From Carcharhinus longimanus (Eukaryota), in the NCBI GenBank assembly GCA_030264375.1, contig JASCQW010000139.1:31282398-31346397 (forward strand): a stretch of DNA of 64,000 bases, in the 5' to 3' direction. Positions 37,671-51,060 of this stretch are shown piece after piece (the first letter of the stretch is position 1; each line of letters begins with the position of its first letter). A program made the position numbers and the translations under genes. Below the pieces are notes generated by a model, which was given only the letters and a program-made list of their open reading frames with translations, was not told the origin of the DNA and searched no databases.

Positions 37671-39191
37671 AGCCAGTGACTCCATAAACAACGCTCACTA
37701 GTGATGTCCACATCTTATGATTGAATGAAAAAAAGAACCCACGGTATTTTAACCATGAGTTTCAAATCCAATATCCTGTCCAACATCAAGGCTGCTGACT
37801 TTCGCCACTGCTTTATGACTTGAGTCTGCCCTTATTTCAATCCCTGACCCACTGGAAACCCTTCAATTTAATATTAACTTTTGAAAGTGAATTGGCTATG
37901 TACTTGAAAAGAAAATAATTTACAGAAATATGGCAGAAAAGCAGGGAAGTAACATAAAATGAGTAGCTCTTTCAAAAGGTCTGGTGCAGGTAAATGATTT
38001 GTCATTTTTGTCACTACTCTAATTTTCTGTTACTGTTTGCTGCCTTTCTCCTGTATGAAGACCTTGGGGATTTTTTACTCGTTGAAGGCACTATACAAAT
38101 GCAAATTGTTGGTGAATAAATTTCACAGTGAACTTGTCACAAACAGACTCTGGATTTGATACTGCCAGGATTAGCAGAAATATCTAACATCTGCTGGCTG
38201 TGTTATCAACGTTGAAATTGGCATGGCAGCAGCAGGAAATTAACGCAGAAGTATAGAGAACCCAGTGGATATCCAGGAGTGATTATGTGATCATAATTTT
38301 AATTGTTTTCTACACCAAAAAGAGTTGCCACTTCAGAATCATTCTTTAATAGACTAAACAGTGAAAGCATAAGTTATCTTCCTTTTTACTTTTCTGAAAG
38401 TACAAAAATGACGCACTGGAATATGCTGGAAAATCAAGAGCAAGTTCATTGTGCGTGCCATTGTAGACGTTAAATTGTCTAGCAATTTGTGCCAAAGAAG
38501 AGATGCGCAATGAGTCATGAACTGCCACAAATTTCTGGATGATTTGCCGTACAGAACTCCCAAAAACCACAATTTAACCATCAGCCTTCTCGTGAGGTTT
38601 AAGAAATTTCTGAATTTGTGTAGTAAATACAAATGAAACATGCTACAGCAAGTTAGGCCTGACATATAAAGACGTATCAGTGTTGAGATTTTTGTTCTGC
38701 ATTGCTACTTAAACCTCTGGCCCAAAAGGGGAAGCAATTTAATAGAGTCTCATTCTTGCACATAGCCAACTGTTCTATGTAATTTTTTATAATGTTTATT
38801 TTGTTTTTTCTTTTTCCCTATTTCTTTTAATCCAATTTCCCCTTCCATTGCTATTTTTCTTTCTATATTTAAATTTAGTTCACCCTATTTATTTTCTGTT
38901 TATCCTAAAATGTCATTAAGGAGATGGGACCAATAAGATATCATTCACCAAGGTTTCTGATACCTTATTGGAATTATTGGCTTGCACAACAATTTGCAAT
39001 GTAAAAATGGTATAACAATGGTAATCGAGATATTTTTCCTCCAAGAAATGTGTTTTGGTTCTGTATATTTCTCTGCTACTTCTTTGGATGAAATATTCTG
39101 AATACTTGTCTAAAATGTACAACAAACATATTTGCAGATCAGCAGTTAAATGTTGTGCAATTCACCAAGTCCACATTGCTATTGATAGCCT

Positions 39192-40708
39192 TGTTACAAT
39201 CCCAGTTGATGTTATAACTGAATGGGAAGACCCCAGAATGAAATCTTGGCTCAAAAGACCATAACTTTATTCCTTTTAATAAAACGTGGAGGCACAGAGT
39301 CACAGAACCTCTAATTAGTTTTAACAACATAGCAAATTTATTAAACATGAAAAAAATTGGATCAGAATACAATTCGCCTGCTACAGAGTGTGATTTTTAC
39401 TAGCATGTTCTTATAAGGCTTTACTCTATGTAATTGTTTTACTGGCATCTGTAGAGGGTTCTTAACATGTGTGGCCTTTTCAGCCTGTAAGAGAGTGTTC
39501 TGCAAGCAAAATCTGTTTTATTTGTGCTTCTGTTTTCATAGTTATTACTTTCTGCTGAGTCGTAGTTAAACACAATTATTTATATAAAGAAGATCATTTT
39601 TTAAACAATGCATTCAACTACCATATTTGTGGTCTTAAGTTACCACAATGCCTTTACTCTCTCCTTAGTTTAACAATTGTACACAGGTATTGGGACTAAC
39701 ACAGATTTCAAAGTACATCTTAATCTACAAGGGTCTCATTAACACACTCCCTTTTAGCACAGAAGACGACTGTGGATAAATACGCTCTTTACTCTGAACC
39801 CCAAGTAAATGTTTGTGGATGTCTCCTCAGAATTCCCCCCCCCCACATGATTGTCACGTGACAGTATCCAAACTCCACTCCCATAAGCACACTTAAAAAT
39901 CTTCTATCATAATTATGCTTTCTTTCCCTGAGCAGTTTGCATTTTGAAATTCAAACCAGGATTTCCAAATGACTCTTATAACCCAAGATTCTGTTCCATT
40001 TTTAACAGCAAATCCAGTCCAGGATTTTACAGCAACTCCTTTAGGATTTATTGATTGCTCTGCAAACTGATCACAATTGCTTTTAATTGTCAATTCCCAG
40101 ATTGTATTAAAATGGCATCAGTGTTTGATTTACCTTTGAAGGCTGCTGTCCCACTTTAAATCTGGTTACTGCAATTGTCTCTTTGACTGAGAACACTTTG
40201 TTTACTCTTCATTGAATTCCTCTGAGCAATACCTTGGTCTCTGTTCAAATAACTACAGTCTTCTTAAGCATTCTTTCTGTCTCAATTTCCTGGTTATGTG
40301 GACTGTAACTTGTACTTCAGGAGGCTAGTCACTTCCTGAAATACAAGTTACAGCTCCCATCCTATCTAGTTTTGCTTCTGGCAGAGTTGAGAGAGGTTCA
40401 CTTCCTGAGATCTTATCTCCAACTGGCCATAAATTCAGCTAAACCTAAAACTTAAAAGCTTTATTTTTATTCTAACAGAAGTGTCCAGTTGCTAAGTAAT
40501 CCCTGCTGGTTCCATTTGTTAATCATGTTGTAGCCCCATCTAAACTCAATAGAAACACAGTTGGAACTTAACACACACTCACACACATTTCTCCATCATG
40601 AATTGAACTTTTCCACGCACAAAAGCATGACATTTAAAACTAAACCTTATCTCAAATGTTTACCAATACAAATATAAATCCTTTAAAACTACCTTTGCTT
40701 TTGTAACA
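39192..40708 (-). mobile_element. Probable solo LTR (Gypsy-like) in NIPSNAP2 intron 7
   Basis: Perfect 8-bp terminal inverted repeat TGTTACAA...TTGTAACA with 4-bp flanks GCCT / GTCT (one mismatch). No coding capacity. Orientation is inferred from tttatt motifs near the left end. Confidence 0.6.
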
Positions 40709-41182
40709 GTCTGAATTTTTAAGAATTCTATTGCCCTGTAAATTATTTTCTGGGTTGCATGTCACGGCATGATTCTGTTAAGGTAAATATATTTAAATAG
40801 AGAATTCCATCGCATATGCACAGTCCACCTCCAAAGTGCATATTGCAAAAACTATTAATTTGACAAGAATGTTCACTTTTCTAGGAAGTTTTTTGTTTGT
40901 AGATTATATAGTCTAATAAAAGAATCCATATTTAATATTAGATTGGGAGTTGATAACTGTTTCATTATGGGTTAGTGCATGGGTAATGAGCTGGATAAAA
41001 ATGTAAAATGCTATACACTTTGGAAACAAAATTAACTTTTTTAGTTCATGACCCATCAGATGTTAACTCTTGTTTCTTTCCACAGATGCTGGTTAACCTG
41101 CTGAGTATTTCCAGCAATTTGTGCTTTTATTACAAATTACTAGCATCCAAGTGTTTTGCTTTTGTGATGAACATTGAATGGT

Positions 41183-41665
41183 TCATAGAATCCTTGCAGT
41201 GCAGAAGACGACCATTTGGCCCATTGTATCTGTAGCGACAACAATCCCACCCAGGCCCTATCTGCATAACCCTACGTATTTCCTCTGCTAATCCCCCTGA
41301 CACTCAGGGTCATTTTAACATGGCCAATCACCCAAGCTCACACAGTGACGCCTCACAGCACCAGGGACCCGGGTTCAATTCCCGGCTTGCAGAGTCTGCA
41401 CCTTCTCCCTATGTCTGTGTGGGTTTCCTCCAGGTTCCTCTCACAGTCCGAAAGATGTGCTGGTTCAGTGCGTTGGCCATGCTAAATTCTCCTTCACTGT
41501 ACCTGAACAGATGGCAGAATGTGGTGACTAGGGAACTTTCATAGTAATTTCATTGCAGTGTTAATGTAAGCCCACTGGTTACACTAATAAATAAACTTTA
41601 AAACTTTATCTTTGGACTGTAGGAGGAAATTGGAGCACCTGGAGGAATCCCACGCAGACGCAGGG
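41183..41665. mobile_element. Nested SINEs: plus-strand HE1-head SINE (about 41345-41600) inside a minus-strand HE1 SINE
   Basis: The minus-strand tail is at 41183-41340 and its continuation (tctttggactgtaggaggaaattggagcacc) resumes at about 41609. Confidence 0.75.
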
Positions 41666-42179
41666 AATCTTGACATTCAATTTTTGTTCTCAAGTAGAAT
41701 TGACATATGTATTGGCATTGTAATTTCTCCTATTATTTCTTGTTCTGCTGTTTTTGAATATCATGAGCAGGAATTTTCTGTTCTATGCACTTTTAAAATA
41801 AGAAAGACCTACAGAATTGTTGGGAAATTACCCCAAAAGAAACAGCTAATCTTTTAGCACCAGCACTGATGCACTCAAATTGTTTCTTGAGCTACAAATC
41901 AACATTAGGAGACTTTTATATTAAGACAAAAATATTAAAATAAATGTTTCACAGACGTACTTTTGCAATTTAGTCACTGTTTTGTCAGTCGTCAGTTTGT
42001 ATGTGACACGTCCCACAAACAGCTTTGAGACAATACGTTAATCTCAAGACATTAGTCTTTGAAAATGTGCCATGGGATCTATATGCATCCATCTGTACAG
42101 GCATCTTTTACGCCTTGGCTATGAGGCTGCTTTCATTAGACTGGAGTACTGCCAACGTTACATGTAATAGCAAATGGTT

Positions 42180-43390
42180 GCTTTGCAGACAGGAGGAAAT
42201 GGTTCCTTAGCAGGCAGCATTAGGCCCACTGCTCTTCTGATGTATATTGCTGCCCTGGACAATAGTATGAAAGGTGTGATTACAAAGTTTGTAGACAGTA
42301 TAAAGCTTGGAACTTAGTCAACAATGGGGGGGATAATAACAGACTTCAAATGGCCTTAGAATTGGGCAAATATATGGCAGATGAAATTTTACCAAGTCTT
42401 TTCTATATATCCTATCTAAGCCCCTCATAATTTTGTGCACCTCAATTAGATCACCCTTTAGCCTCCTCTTATTCTGAGCCCAACCTATCCAATTGCTCCA
42501 CACCTGCAATTTTCAATCCTGGCAACAGTATTGTAAATCTCCTCTCTCCAGAGCAATTACATTCTTCTTGTAATGTGATGTACACAAAATTCTAGCTGTG
42601 GGCTTACCATCATTTTGTACATTTCCAGCATTACACTCTTACTTTTGCATTCAATACCTCACTCAACAAAAGAAAGCATTTCATATGCTTCTTGACCACC
42701 TTGTTCAACTGTCCTGCCAGGTTCAAGGACCTGTGTACATACACTCCAAGGTCTCTCACTTCCTCTACCCCTCTCAATATCTTCCCATTTATTGAGTTTT
42801 TTTTGCCCTCTCCAAATATGGGGTGGCATAGTGGTTAGCATTGCTGCCTCACAGCGCTGGGGACCCAGGTTCAATTCTGGCCTTTGTTGACTGTGTGACA
42901 TTTTCACATTCTTCCCATACCTGCATGGGTTTCCTCCGGGTGCTGCAGTTTCTTCCCATAGTCCAAAAATGTGCTGGTAAGGTGGATTAGCTTTAGTACA
43001 AATAGGCCCTTATTGTCCCAATATATGTAGGTTAGATGAATTAGCCATGGTAAATCTGTGGGGTTATGGGGATAGGGTAGTGAGATGGCCGGGGTAAAAT
43101 ATTCTGTCAAAGACTGCAGACTTCATGGCTGTATTGTCGGGATTCTATGACTTTTCAGGATTGAAATCCATTTGCCACTTCTCTGCCCATTGAACCATTC
43201 TGGAATTGACCGCTATCTTCTTCATTATCCAGTACTTAGCCAATTTTTTTGCCATCTGCAAATTTACCGATATGCTTCCCACATTTAAGTCTAAGTCATT
43301 AATATATACAACAATTAGCAAGGCCCCCAAGACTGAGCCCTATAAAACACCACTGGAACCATTTCCCATTTGCAAAACCATCAATTGAGG
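42180..43390. mobile_element. CR1 LINE fragments in both orientations interrupted by a plus-strand HE1 SINE (about 42823-43150)
   Basis: Minus-strand peptides RRLKGDLIEVHKIMRGLD and YINDLDL...WAEKWQMDFNPEK. SINE head ggggtggcatagtggttagcattgctgcctcacag. Confidence 0.78.
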
Positions 43391-44767
43391 GGTACATTTT
43401 AGCCAGGAGACAGGAATCACCTTTGAATGAATGTAAACATCTTTGAATGGTGCCATGGGATCTTTTATGCCCGCCTGAGAGGGCAGTGGGGCCTTTCTTC
43501 AATGCCTCATCTGAAAAAAAAACACATATCTGCAACACTTCCTTGGTGGAGTGTCAGCTTTGATTTTTTTTGTGGTCAAATACTGGTTTGGGATTTAAAC
43601 TTGGAACCTTATAGAATTATACCAGGGGTGAGGGGCTGTTTTGGGATTATAGAAGCTAGGGTTGTTCTCCTTAGAGTAGAAAGATGTAAGGGGATATATG
43701 ACATTGGTTTTGATTAGGAGAAACTCTTCCCAGTGCCAGAAGGGTTGGTATCCAGAGGATTCAGATTTAAAGTAATTGGCAAAAGATCCAGCAATAAATT
43801 GAGGAAAACCTTTTGCTCAGCAAGTTGTTGTGATGTGGAATATACTGTCAGCCGATACTCTGTCTGAAAGGGTGTAAATTCATTAATAACCTTTCGGAAG
43901 AAGTTGGATCAATGTTTGATGATAATCATTTGCAAGCCCTGAGAAAAGAGTTAAGGTGTGGGACTGAAGGAGTGGGACTAAGTTTGAAAGAGTCATCAAA
44001 AGCTCAATGTGCTGTATTATTATATGTTGTTATTCCGGTACAATGAACATTATCTTAGTGTACCTCTTACTTACTTTGTGTGAATGTTTAAAATCAACAT
44101 TTTGAGAGCCAAAAGGATTGGATATCAAAATCACCTAGCTACTGACACCATTTAACTAACTAAATTAATGTAGGAATGTTTTTCCCTTTCTAAAAAAATT
44201 GACATGACTATAACTATAATCTACTCCAATGTTATTCCATTGTCCTTGATGCCTGAGTCTTCCTGTTATAAGAACACACTAAATACTTGTGCCCATTTAA
44301 TTTGGTGCGCAGATGTATATTTCAAAGTTGAAAATCTTGTTTTAACTGTTTAAAAATTTAACATTGCAGCTGCTTTTATGTTTGAGGATTTTGATTGAGT
44401 GAAAGGCCATTGATTTTTGCACCAGCCTCCACTCAGAATTAAAATACTGTAAGTGTTTGTGCAAAGTATTATTCATGCAAAGCAATCAAACTTGAACTTT
44501 AATTTGAGCAAAACCAAACTAATTATAAAAACTGCATGTTCAATAACTTGAAATTACATGTAATCAGTTCCCATTTCATATTTGAAGTTTGGGGACGTTA
44601 TTTAGATACATTTTGTGAATCTAATTTCAACTTTGAGTCATTCTCACTAAATTTAACAATGTGAGAATCAAAGAATGAGTTCTGATGCTCTAATTGTTTG
44701 AAATTAGTAAATTATTGATGCATTAATCTGTAATTTTATTTCGTTTTGATTTGTTTACTTTTCACAG

Positions 44768-44862
44768 GGCTCGTGCTATTCGATTTCGACAAGAGAACAA
44801 TGAAGCTGTTGGTGGCTTCTTCTCTCAGATTGGCGAGCTATACATGGTGCATCACCTTTGGG
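44768..44862 (+). CDS. NIPSNAP2: NIPSNAP2 coding exon 8
   Basis: ttttcacag acceptor. Translates [31 protein letters not shown]. Donor GTAAAT; 95 nt. Confidence 0.96.
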
Positions 44863-45404
44863 GTAAATAAATCCTATCAATCAATTTTATCATACTTCTT
44901 TGCATTTTTTTGGCCAGTTGTGCTTAGTCTGAGTTGAAAGCTAAATATATTCCACCTTCCTGAAGAAAACAATCTAAAAGAGTGAGATCTAGTTTCTTGT
45001 AGTAATCCTTTTTTAATAGTGCATGTAAACTGCAGTAATATTATAGAAATGACTTGAGAGTCAGTTGCCAGTATTATACAAATGTACTGCCCATTTACAA
45101 AAAAGTGAATGTGTAATACCTTAGGGAAATTTACAACTTCCGTCTCATCTGTCCTTTGTAATTTTAACTATCTGAAGCTAAGTGTCAGAGGGACGCAACT
45201 CTTTAAAGTGGCATGATCTTCCTGCCACTTTAAATGGAGGCGTTCTGCTGCCTCGCACACTTGCCGAAACATATTGGAGACTGAGACCTTCCTGTTGTCT
45301 CTCTGCTCAGAGAGTGAATCCTCCCTAGTTTTTGTATGGAAATCTGCATTAATACAAGCAAACTTAGTGACAGACTGAAGAATGCGTAATTTGAGGACCT
45401 TATT

Positions 45405-45583
45405 GCATGTTTTTAAGGCAAGGATGAATAAATTTTTGAGTAGTAAAGCAATTAAGGCTTACGGTGAGCGGGCAGATAAGTGGAGCTAAGTCCACAAAAA
45501 GATCAGCCATGATCTTATTGAATGGCAGGGCAGGCTCGAGGGGCCAGATAGCCCACTCCTGCTCCTAGTTCTTAAGACCTTAT
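45405..45583 (+). mobile_element. CR1 LINE 3' tail
   Basis: Near-identical to 19925-20100. Confidence 0.85.
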
Positions 45584-46290
45584 ATTCAAAGACACTTCCC
45601 AATGCCAGTTCTGACAATTGCGTATATTTTTAAGAATAAAATTTGCTTTTTCAAGGATTTTTCTTATTTCCGTGACCAGAATTGAGGCAGATGGAGAAGA
45701 ACCAGTGTCCTGCATAGTCTCAAAATCACACCTTGTGATTGGTGTTCTGTTCCATGCACAATGTAATTCATGATGTTCTTTGCTTTATTTACCATTATTG
45801 TATAACTTGTTTCAGAGATCAGTTGACCAATGTCTGTGCATTAATTGGGTGCCTCGCATGGTGGGAAATTATTTTTGTACTTTAACTCAGAACCAGACAC
45901 TAATTATACTCCGAGATTGTCAATATTGTTGACAAAGAACATGCCATTGTACGTTGGAAGGTCCTTTTCACCTTGCCACGATGAAACACAATTTTCTTGT
46001 GACTAACACAATCTTTGTAATGAATACCAAACCACCATTTTTCAGATTTCTGATTGCATCTCCTTTTGATGTCTTTCTTTTACAGTCTTTTAGCAATAAG
46101 ATGCTTAAATTAATGGCAATATATGATTGACAATGACAACTTGTATTATGAAGTGAAGTTACTAAATGTTCTGGAATGTAAAATTTGATGTATGTCAAAA
46201 CTCCAAATGGATTTTAATTTGTACAAAATACATAATAAGAGTTATGAACTTAATTATTTATGTTAACTGTGTTAATCTATTTTTTAAAAG

Positions 46291-46374
46291 CTTACAAGGA
46301 CTTGCAGTCAAGAGATGAGACGCGAAATTCAGCATGGCAGAAGCCTGGCTGGGATGAATGTGTATATTACACAG
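46291..46374 (+). CDS. NIPSNAP2: NIPSNAP2 coding exon 9
   Basis: ttttttaaaag acceptor. Translates (A)[27 protein letters not shown]. Donor GTATTT; 84 nt. Confidence 0.95.
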
Positions 46375-47884
46375 GTATTTCATTGCATAATTAGGGTACT
46401 GAAAACCCTTTAAAGCTTGATAACAGACTAGAGAACTGTCTAAGCTAAAAAATTCCCACTTTCAGTACCCAAACTGTGTTGACCTAAGCCAGAACTGTAA
46501 TATATACTGAAGTTGTCTTTGCTTGTCACTCGTGCATGGGTCTGCAGAAGAAATGAAGAGCAAAGAAAGGATATCTTTCATATTCTGAATGCTAATGCTG
46601 AAATATAAAGACTGCCTGATTTTCAAAATCTTTTCATCTGTCCTACAGGCTCCATATACCAGTGACACTCAGAAACACCTTCCGTCATCATAAACCCTAA
46701 TTTCTGAGAAATGAATGCTTGAGTGGCAAATGCCTTTTAAGGCTGCCAGTCAGAGTTTAGAGCGGCATTCCCTTTATATCTACGTTGTTTTCAAACAATT
46801 ATTGATGCTGACTTTTGCTTCATTAGNNNNNNNNNNNNNNNNNNNNNNNNNNNNNNNNNNNNNNNNNNNNNNNNNNNNNNNNNNNNNNNNNNNNNNNNNN
46901 NNNNNNNNNNNNNNNNNNNNNNNNNNACGTTGTTTTCAAACAATTATTGAGGCTGACTTTTGCTTCATTAGCCCTGACTTTGAATGGAAATTCAAAAACG
47001 ACTCTGGTTTATTGCAAAAGATATACTTCACAAAGCTTTCACAATAGGGACCCAAGATTTGTTTTTCCTTACAAATCATTGCATGTTTTGAGCTGTTTGC
47101 AATAACAATAATAATATCCAAAAAGCGTTAACACTTTCTGTACTCTCTTACTTGTTTATTTTGCCAATTTTGCTTTGTGAAATTAACATCCAGAGGAAAC
47201 TACAGCTGAAACTTTATTGATTAGAGATGAAGGGAAAGATTTTCTGGTCTCTCCCACCTAATGCCTGAATCAACAATATGTTATTTTGAGAAAATTCCAC
47301 CCAAAATATCACATTGTTGATTCAGGATAGAAATTATAGATAGGACAGTAAAGAATTCTACATCAGTCTATTTTACAAAAGATTTAGGATCTATTGTTTC
47401 ACAACAACATTCTCCAGCAGGAGAAACTTTTGCGTTGATCTTAACAAATTAATTTGTAATGGGAGGAAGGAGTTGAATAGTGTGATTTTGTGGTGTCCAA
47501 ATAATTTTCAAGAATGCATACAGCCACCATTTTCAAATGACGTACAATGATAGTAAAAAAGTGCCATTGAATCTGTGTAACACTAGTTTCAGATTGAAAT
47601 TTATTAACTTTGATTGGAATTGAAGGAGGATCAGAGTCCTCATATTTACATAAAGTCACCATATTCTGAATGTTTGATCATTGAATCTTCAAAATAGTCA
47701 ATCAAGCTTTGCTTTCTAAAAAAAAAAGTTCATTGTTCACTTAACAAAATTATTTTGAGTTTAATACCAGAATTTGGCTTGCAATGTTCAGACTTTGATG
47801 GACAACAGTATGTACAATAACTAGGCAGGTGTGTGTTTTCAAATATGGACAGAAATTAGTTACATATGTTTTTTTTTAACACAG

Positions 47885-47949
47885 TGCCCCTCATTCAGCG
47901 CATGGATTCCAGGATTATGATTCCACTGAAAATTTCACCACTTCAATAG
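47885..47949 (+). CDS. NIPSNAP2: NIPSNAP2 last coding exon
   Basis: ttttaacacag acceptor. Translates (V)PLIQRMDSRIMIPLKISPLQ* with TAG at 47947-47949. The exons sum to 885 nt (294 aa plus stop). The paralogue call (NIPSNAP2 rather than NIPSNAP1) rests on its position between MRPS17 and PSPH. Confidence 0.95.
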
Positions 47950-48344
47950 AGAACAACTGATAACACCTTTAAAAGAAAACGAATAACTTGTGTTTTGTCT
48001 TAATACATGAGGAAAAAGTTAACGGGTTACTGACATGAGTCTGTACTTGTAATGAATTAAATAAGTATTTTAACTTCAAGGTCTTTTATTGAATTTACAA
48101 AAACACTTCTGAAGCTAATTGTCAGTTATTAATAGCAATATTTTCTTTCGGAAGCACTAAGTAAAATTATAATGTTAGATGTGTAAAATTCTGAATGTTC
48201 ATCTTTAGTTGTATTGTCCTATTTCTGTTGCACTGCCCTGCTCCACCTCTGGACTGAACACTGTTGGTGGCATTTTCCTTCCTTTACCTGTTCTACTCAT
48301 TAGCCAGTGGAATGATAATGAAGATAGTATAAAGTATTCCTTTT

Positions 48345-48367
48345 TGTGTGTGTGTGTGTGTGTGTGT
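48345..48367 (+). repeat. (TG)n microsatellite in the inferred NIPSNAP2 3' UTR
   Basis: Read directly from the sequence. Confidence 0.9.
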
Positions 48368-48831
48368 CCCATTGAGCAACATCATGACAATTTATGCCTG
48401 GATCTTGCAAAAAGAAACAATCAGATCCCCATTTAATAAGGGACTCATCAGTTGTCACAGTTTCTAATGCCGTTAGTCAGGAAATTACTTTTTAAAACCA
48501 AATGTCAGTTTTGTGGGGAAAAATGGTACTCTTGTGCTGTTTCTCCGATATTAGGGATTCAGTTATGTATGATACAAGAATAGGTTATTTGTGTTCTTTT
48601 GAGTTGCTTTATACTGCTGTAGTGATGCATGTGAAATCACTGTACAAAATTGTAAGCTTACAATGACATTTTTTAAAACTGTTTTGTCGTGTGCTTATTT
48701 TTAAAATGGCACCATTATGTATAGTTTCTAGGATTTACAGTAATTAAGTAAATCTAATTGATGAACGAAATCTGTTTCTAAGTCATTGATCAACTGTCAG
48801 GCTACAATACCCGGTACAGTCTGAGGGCTGT

Positions 48832-48837
48832 AATAAA
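48832..48837 (+). terminator. NIPSNAP2: Candidate NIPSNAP2 polyadenylation signal
   Basis: AATAAA about 880 nt after the stop, followed by a GT/T-rich downstream element (ttttgtgttt). Confidence 0.55.
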
Positions 48838-50629
48838 CTTGATTTGCAACATTTTGTGTTTATATTGTCTATTCATTTTGTAAGATGAAGTTTAGCATAT
48901 ATGCTTGCAGTCTTAATATTAGTCAGTAACTCATCCACAATATCCTCATTGTGGGGAGACAGGAAATTATCAAATGCTTCCAAGGTAAGTAAACTTATCT
49001 TACTATTTTAAATATTATTTGTATATGAAAAGTGAATAATGATTACTTATAGAATAGAGGGAACAAAGCAAACTAACAGGTTCAAAATGCACATATCCAT
49101 ATGCAAGAAGTATGTCAACAGCTGATGCAAGAAGAAATGAGGAGTCTGATTCAAATAAGGTGGCCTAAAAAGAGCTACCCTCTTTTTTGTGTCAGGCTTC
49201 CAAGAAGTCCTATAGTCTATGGAAACTAGCAAGTTGAAAGTAATGCTATCAGTTTAATGAGTTGAAAGGGATAAAGTAGGTGTTCGGTTTATCATCTGAT
49301 AGCTAGTACGATAAAGTTGATATGAACGTTGTCAGTGCCTCAGTCCACCTTTTTAACCAGGTGAGAAGTCACAACAACATTATTGATGGTGGTGACTTGG
49401 CAAGGATTGTTTTGTTAAATGAAAAATATAAGAAGTAATTTATGTCATAGGAGGTGGCCTTTTTGCCTATGATATCTAAACTATCAAGAAATTTGAACCA
49501 TGCACATATCCAAACTTTCTGTGTCACCTCATATGCCAACATACATGGGATAAAGTAGCCAGGGCAGGCTGACATCAGCTGCAGATTAACAAAGGCTGCT
49601 GCAAGATATTATTTACATTAGCTGCCTTGATTGTTTTCTATTTCTCACTGTTGGGTAATCATCTTCTGGACTTGGTTTTCCTGAAATCCTTCCTTCCTGC
49701 ATAATGTACATTGGTGGTCCTGCAATATAATCTTGACAGTCCATGCATGTGCATTTTCTTGAATACGTTGCACACCCATATCATCTAACAACATGCTTCT
49801 TCCATTACGAGCCCAACTTCCAATGCAGCTGTTTCTAGAACGCTCCAGATTTTCAAACTAATTTTCACTTACCAGACTATGAGTACTGGACCCTGGATCT
49901 GATTTTCCATTAATCAAGAGGTAAGCATTCCAAATACTGAAGCGCGGATCAAATCTTGGAGGCCTTCAGCAATACTTTTCTGTATTCTATTTTCTGTTGT
50001 AGAATGGAGGCCAGAAGAGCCTGTCACTGCAGGTGCTTAAAATGTTTACTGCGGAAGTTACAGCTTCCATGCCAGAAGCTACGTCTCATGCCAAAAGCTA
50101 TTTCTCATTAATTCCTGTGTTAAGAAAGTGTCTGTTCTAGGTTGGAACTGCATGTGCTCAATAGCAAGAACTTTATAAATAGTAGACCTACAGACCCAAC
50201 ATATTTTAGGGATCTAGTTACTTTTGTCTGCTATCGTCCCGCAGCAATCAGCTCCTTCCTTTTCACTTCTTCGCTTTTTCCATGTTTGGTAACTACCTAC
50301 TAACTCAGGAATTCACTGTTCCTAAGCTAATCATTCAGTTCAAATAGCACAAAGTTAATTGTAGCCAATCTGCTAACCACAAGGCGTTATCAATTTAAAA
50401 TAATTGCATTCAGAAGAACATAGTTTGAAAAAAACTTCTTTATTCGAGGTCAGTGATTGGAATGCTACTGCAGAACTGTATTTCTGTCATTGCTTTCAAA
50501 GAATGATGTGCTCTTTTCACATTTTTACTCCCATTACGAAGGAAGGAGTTTCTGCTAAGATATTGGAATTGTTCCATTGAATAATAGTTCAGTATTCTAG
50601 TCAGATTGGAGTAATTACACCAATGAAAG

Positions 50630-51060
50630 ACTTTCATTTAACACTCTTCATAACCTAAATGTCCCAAAGCACTTTACAACCAATAAAATACCTCTGACGT
50701 GTTACTAATGTAGGAAACACATCTGCAACTTCACATAACCAAAAATGTGATAATCACCAGATCAATCTGTTTTTGTGATGTTGATTGAAGAATTAATACT
50801 GTACTGTATATTGGAGGAAGCTTCCCTGCTCTTTTTCGAAATAGTGCCAAAGGATCTTTTATATCCATCGGAGAGAGCAAAACAGGTGCTTGAGTTAATA
50901 TCTCAACCAAAAATGGGCACTTCTGAGAGTGCAATATTCCCTTGGTACTGAACTAGTGACTCAACCTAGAATTTTGTGCTCAAGCCCTGGAATGGGACTT
51001 GAACCTACAATCTTCAGATGGGGAGACAAGAACATTATCAGTTCAGCTATGGTTGCCACC
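50630..51060 (-). mobile_element. Near full-length DeuSINE (SacSINE1-like); further copies at about 4465-4695+5141-5180, 25445-25640, 43385-43612 and 52995-53150(+)
   Basis: Deu-like core cttccctgctctttttcgaaatagtgccaaaggatctttt and head ttttgtgctcaagccctggaatgggacttgaacctacaatcttc. Confidence 0.7.

Noticed and set aside
46782-46971. 45-bp direct repeat flanking a 100-N gap
   Set aside because: Near-identical sequence on both sides of a gap is typical of unmerged overlapping contig ends, so this is probably an assembly artefact.
48963-50032. Strong-looking splice donors (AAG|GTAAGT at about 48985, GAG|GTAAGC at about 49921) downstream of NIPSNAP2
   Set aside because: No coherent reading frame or matching acceptors. 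Such motifs occur by chance, and RNA data would be needed.
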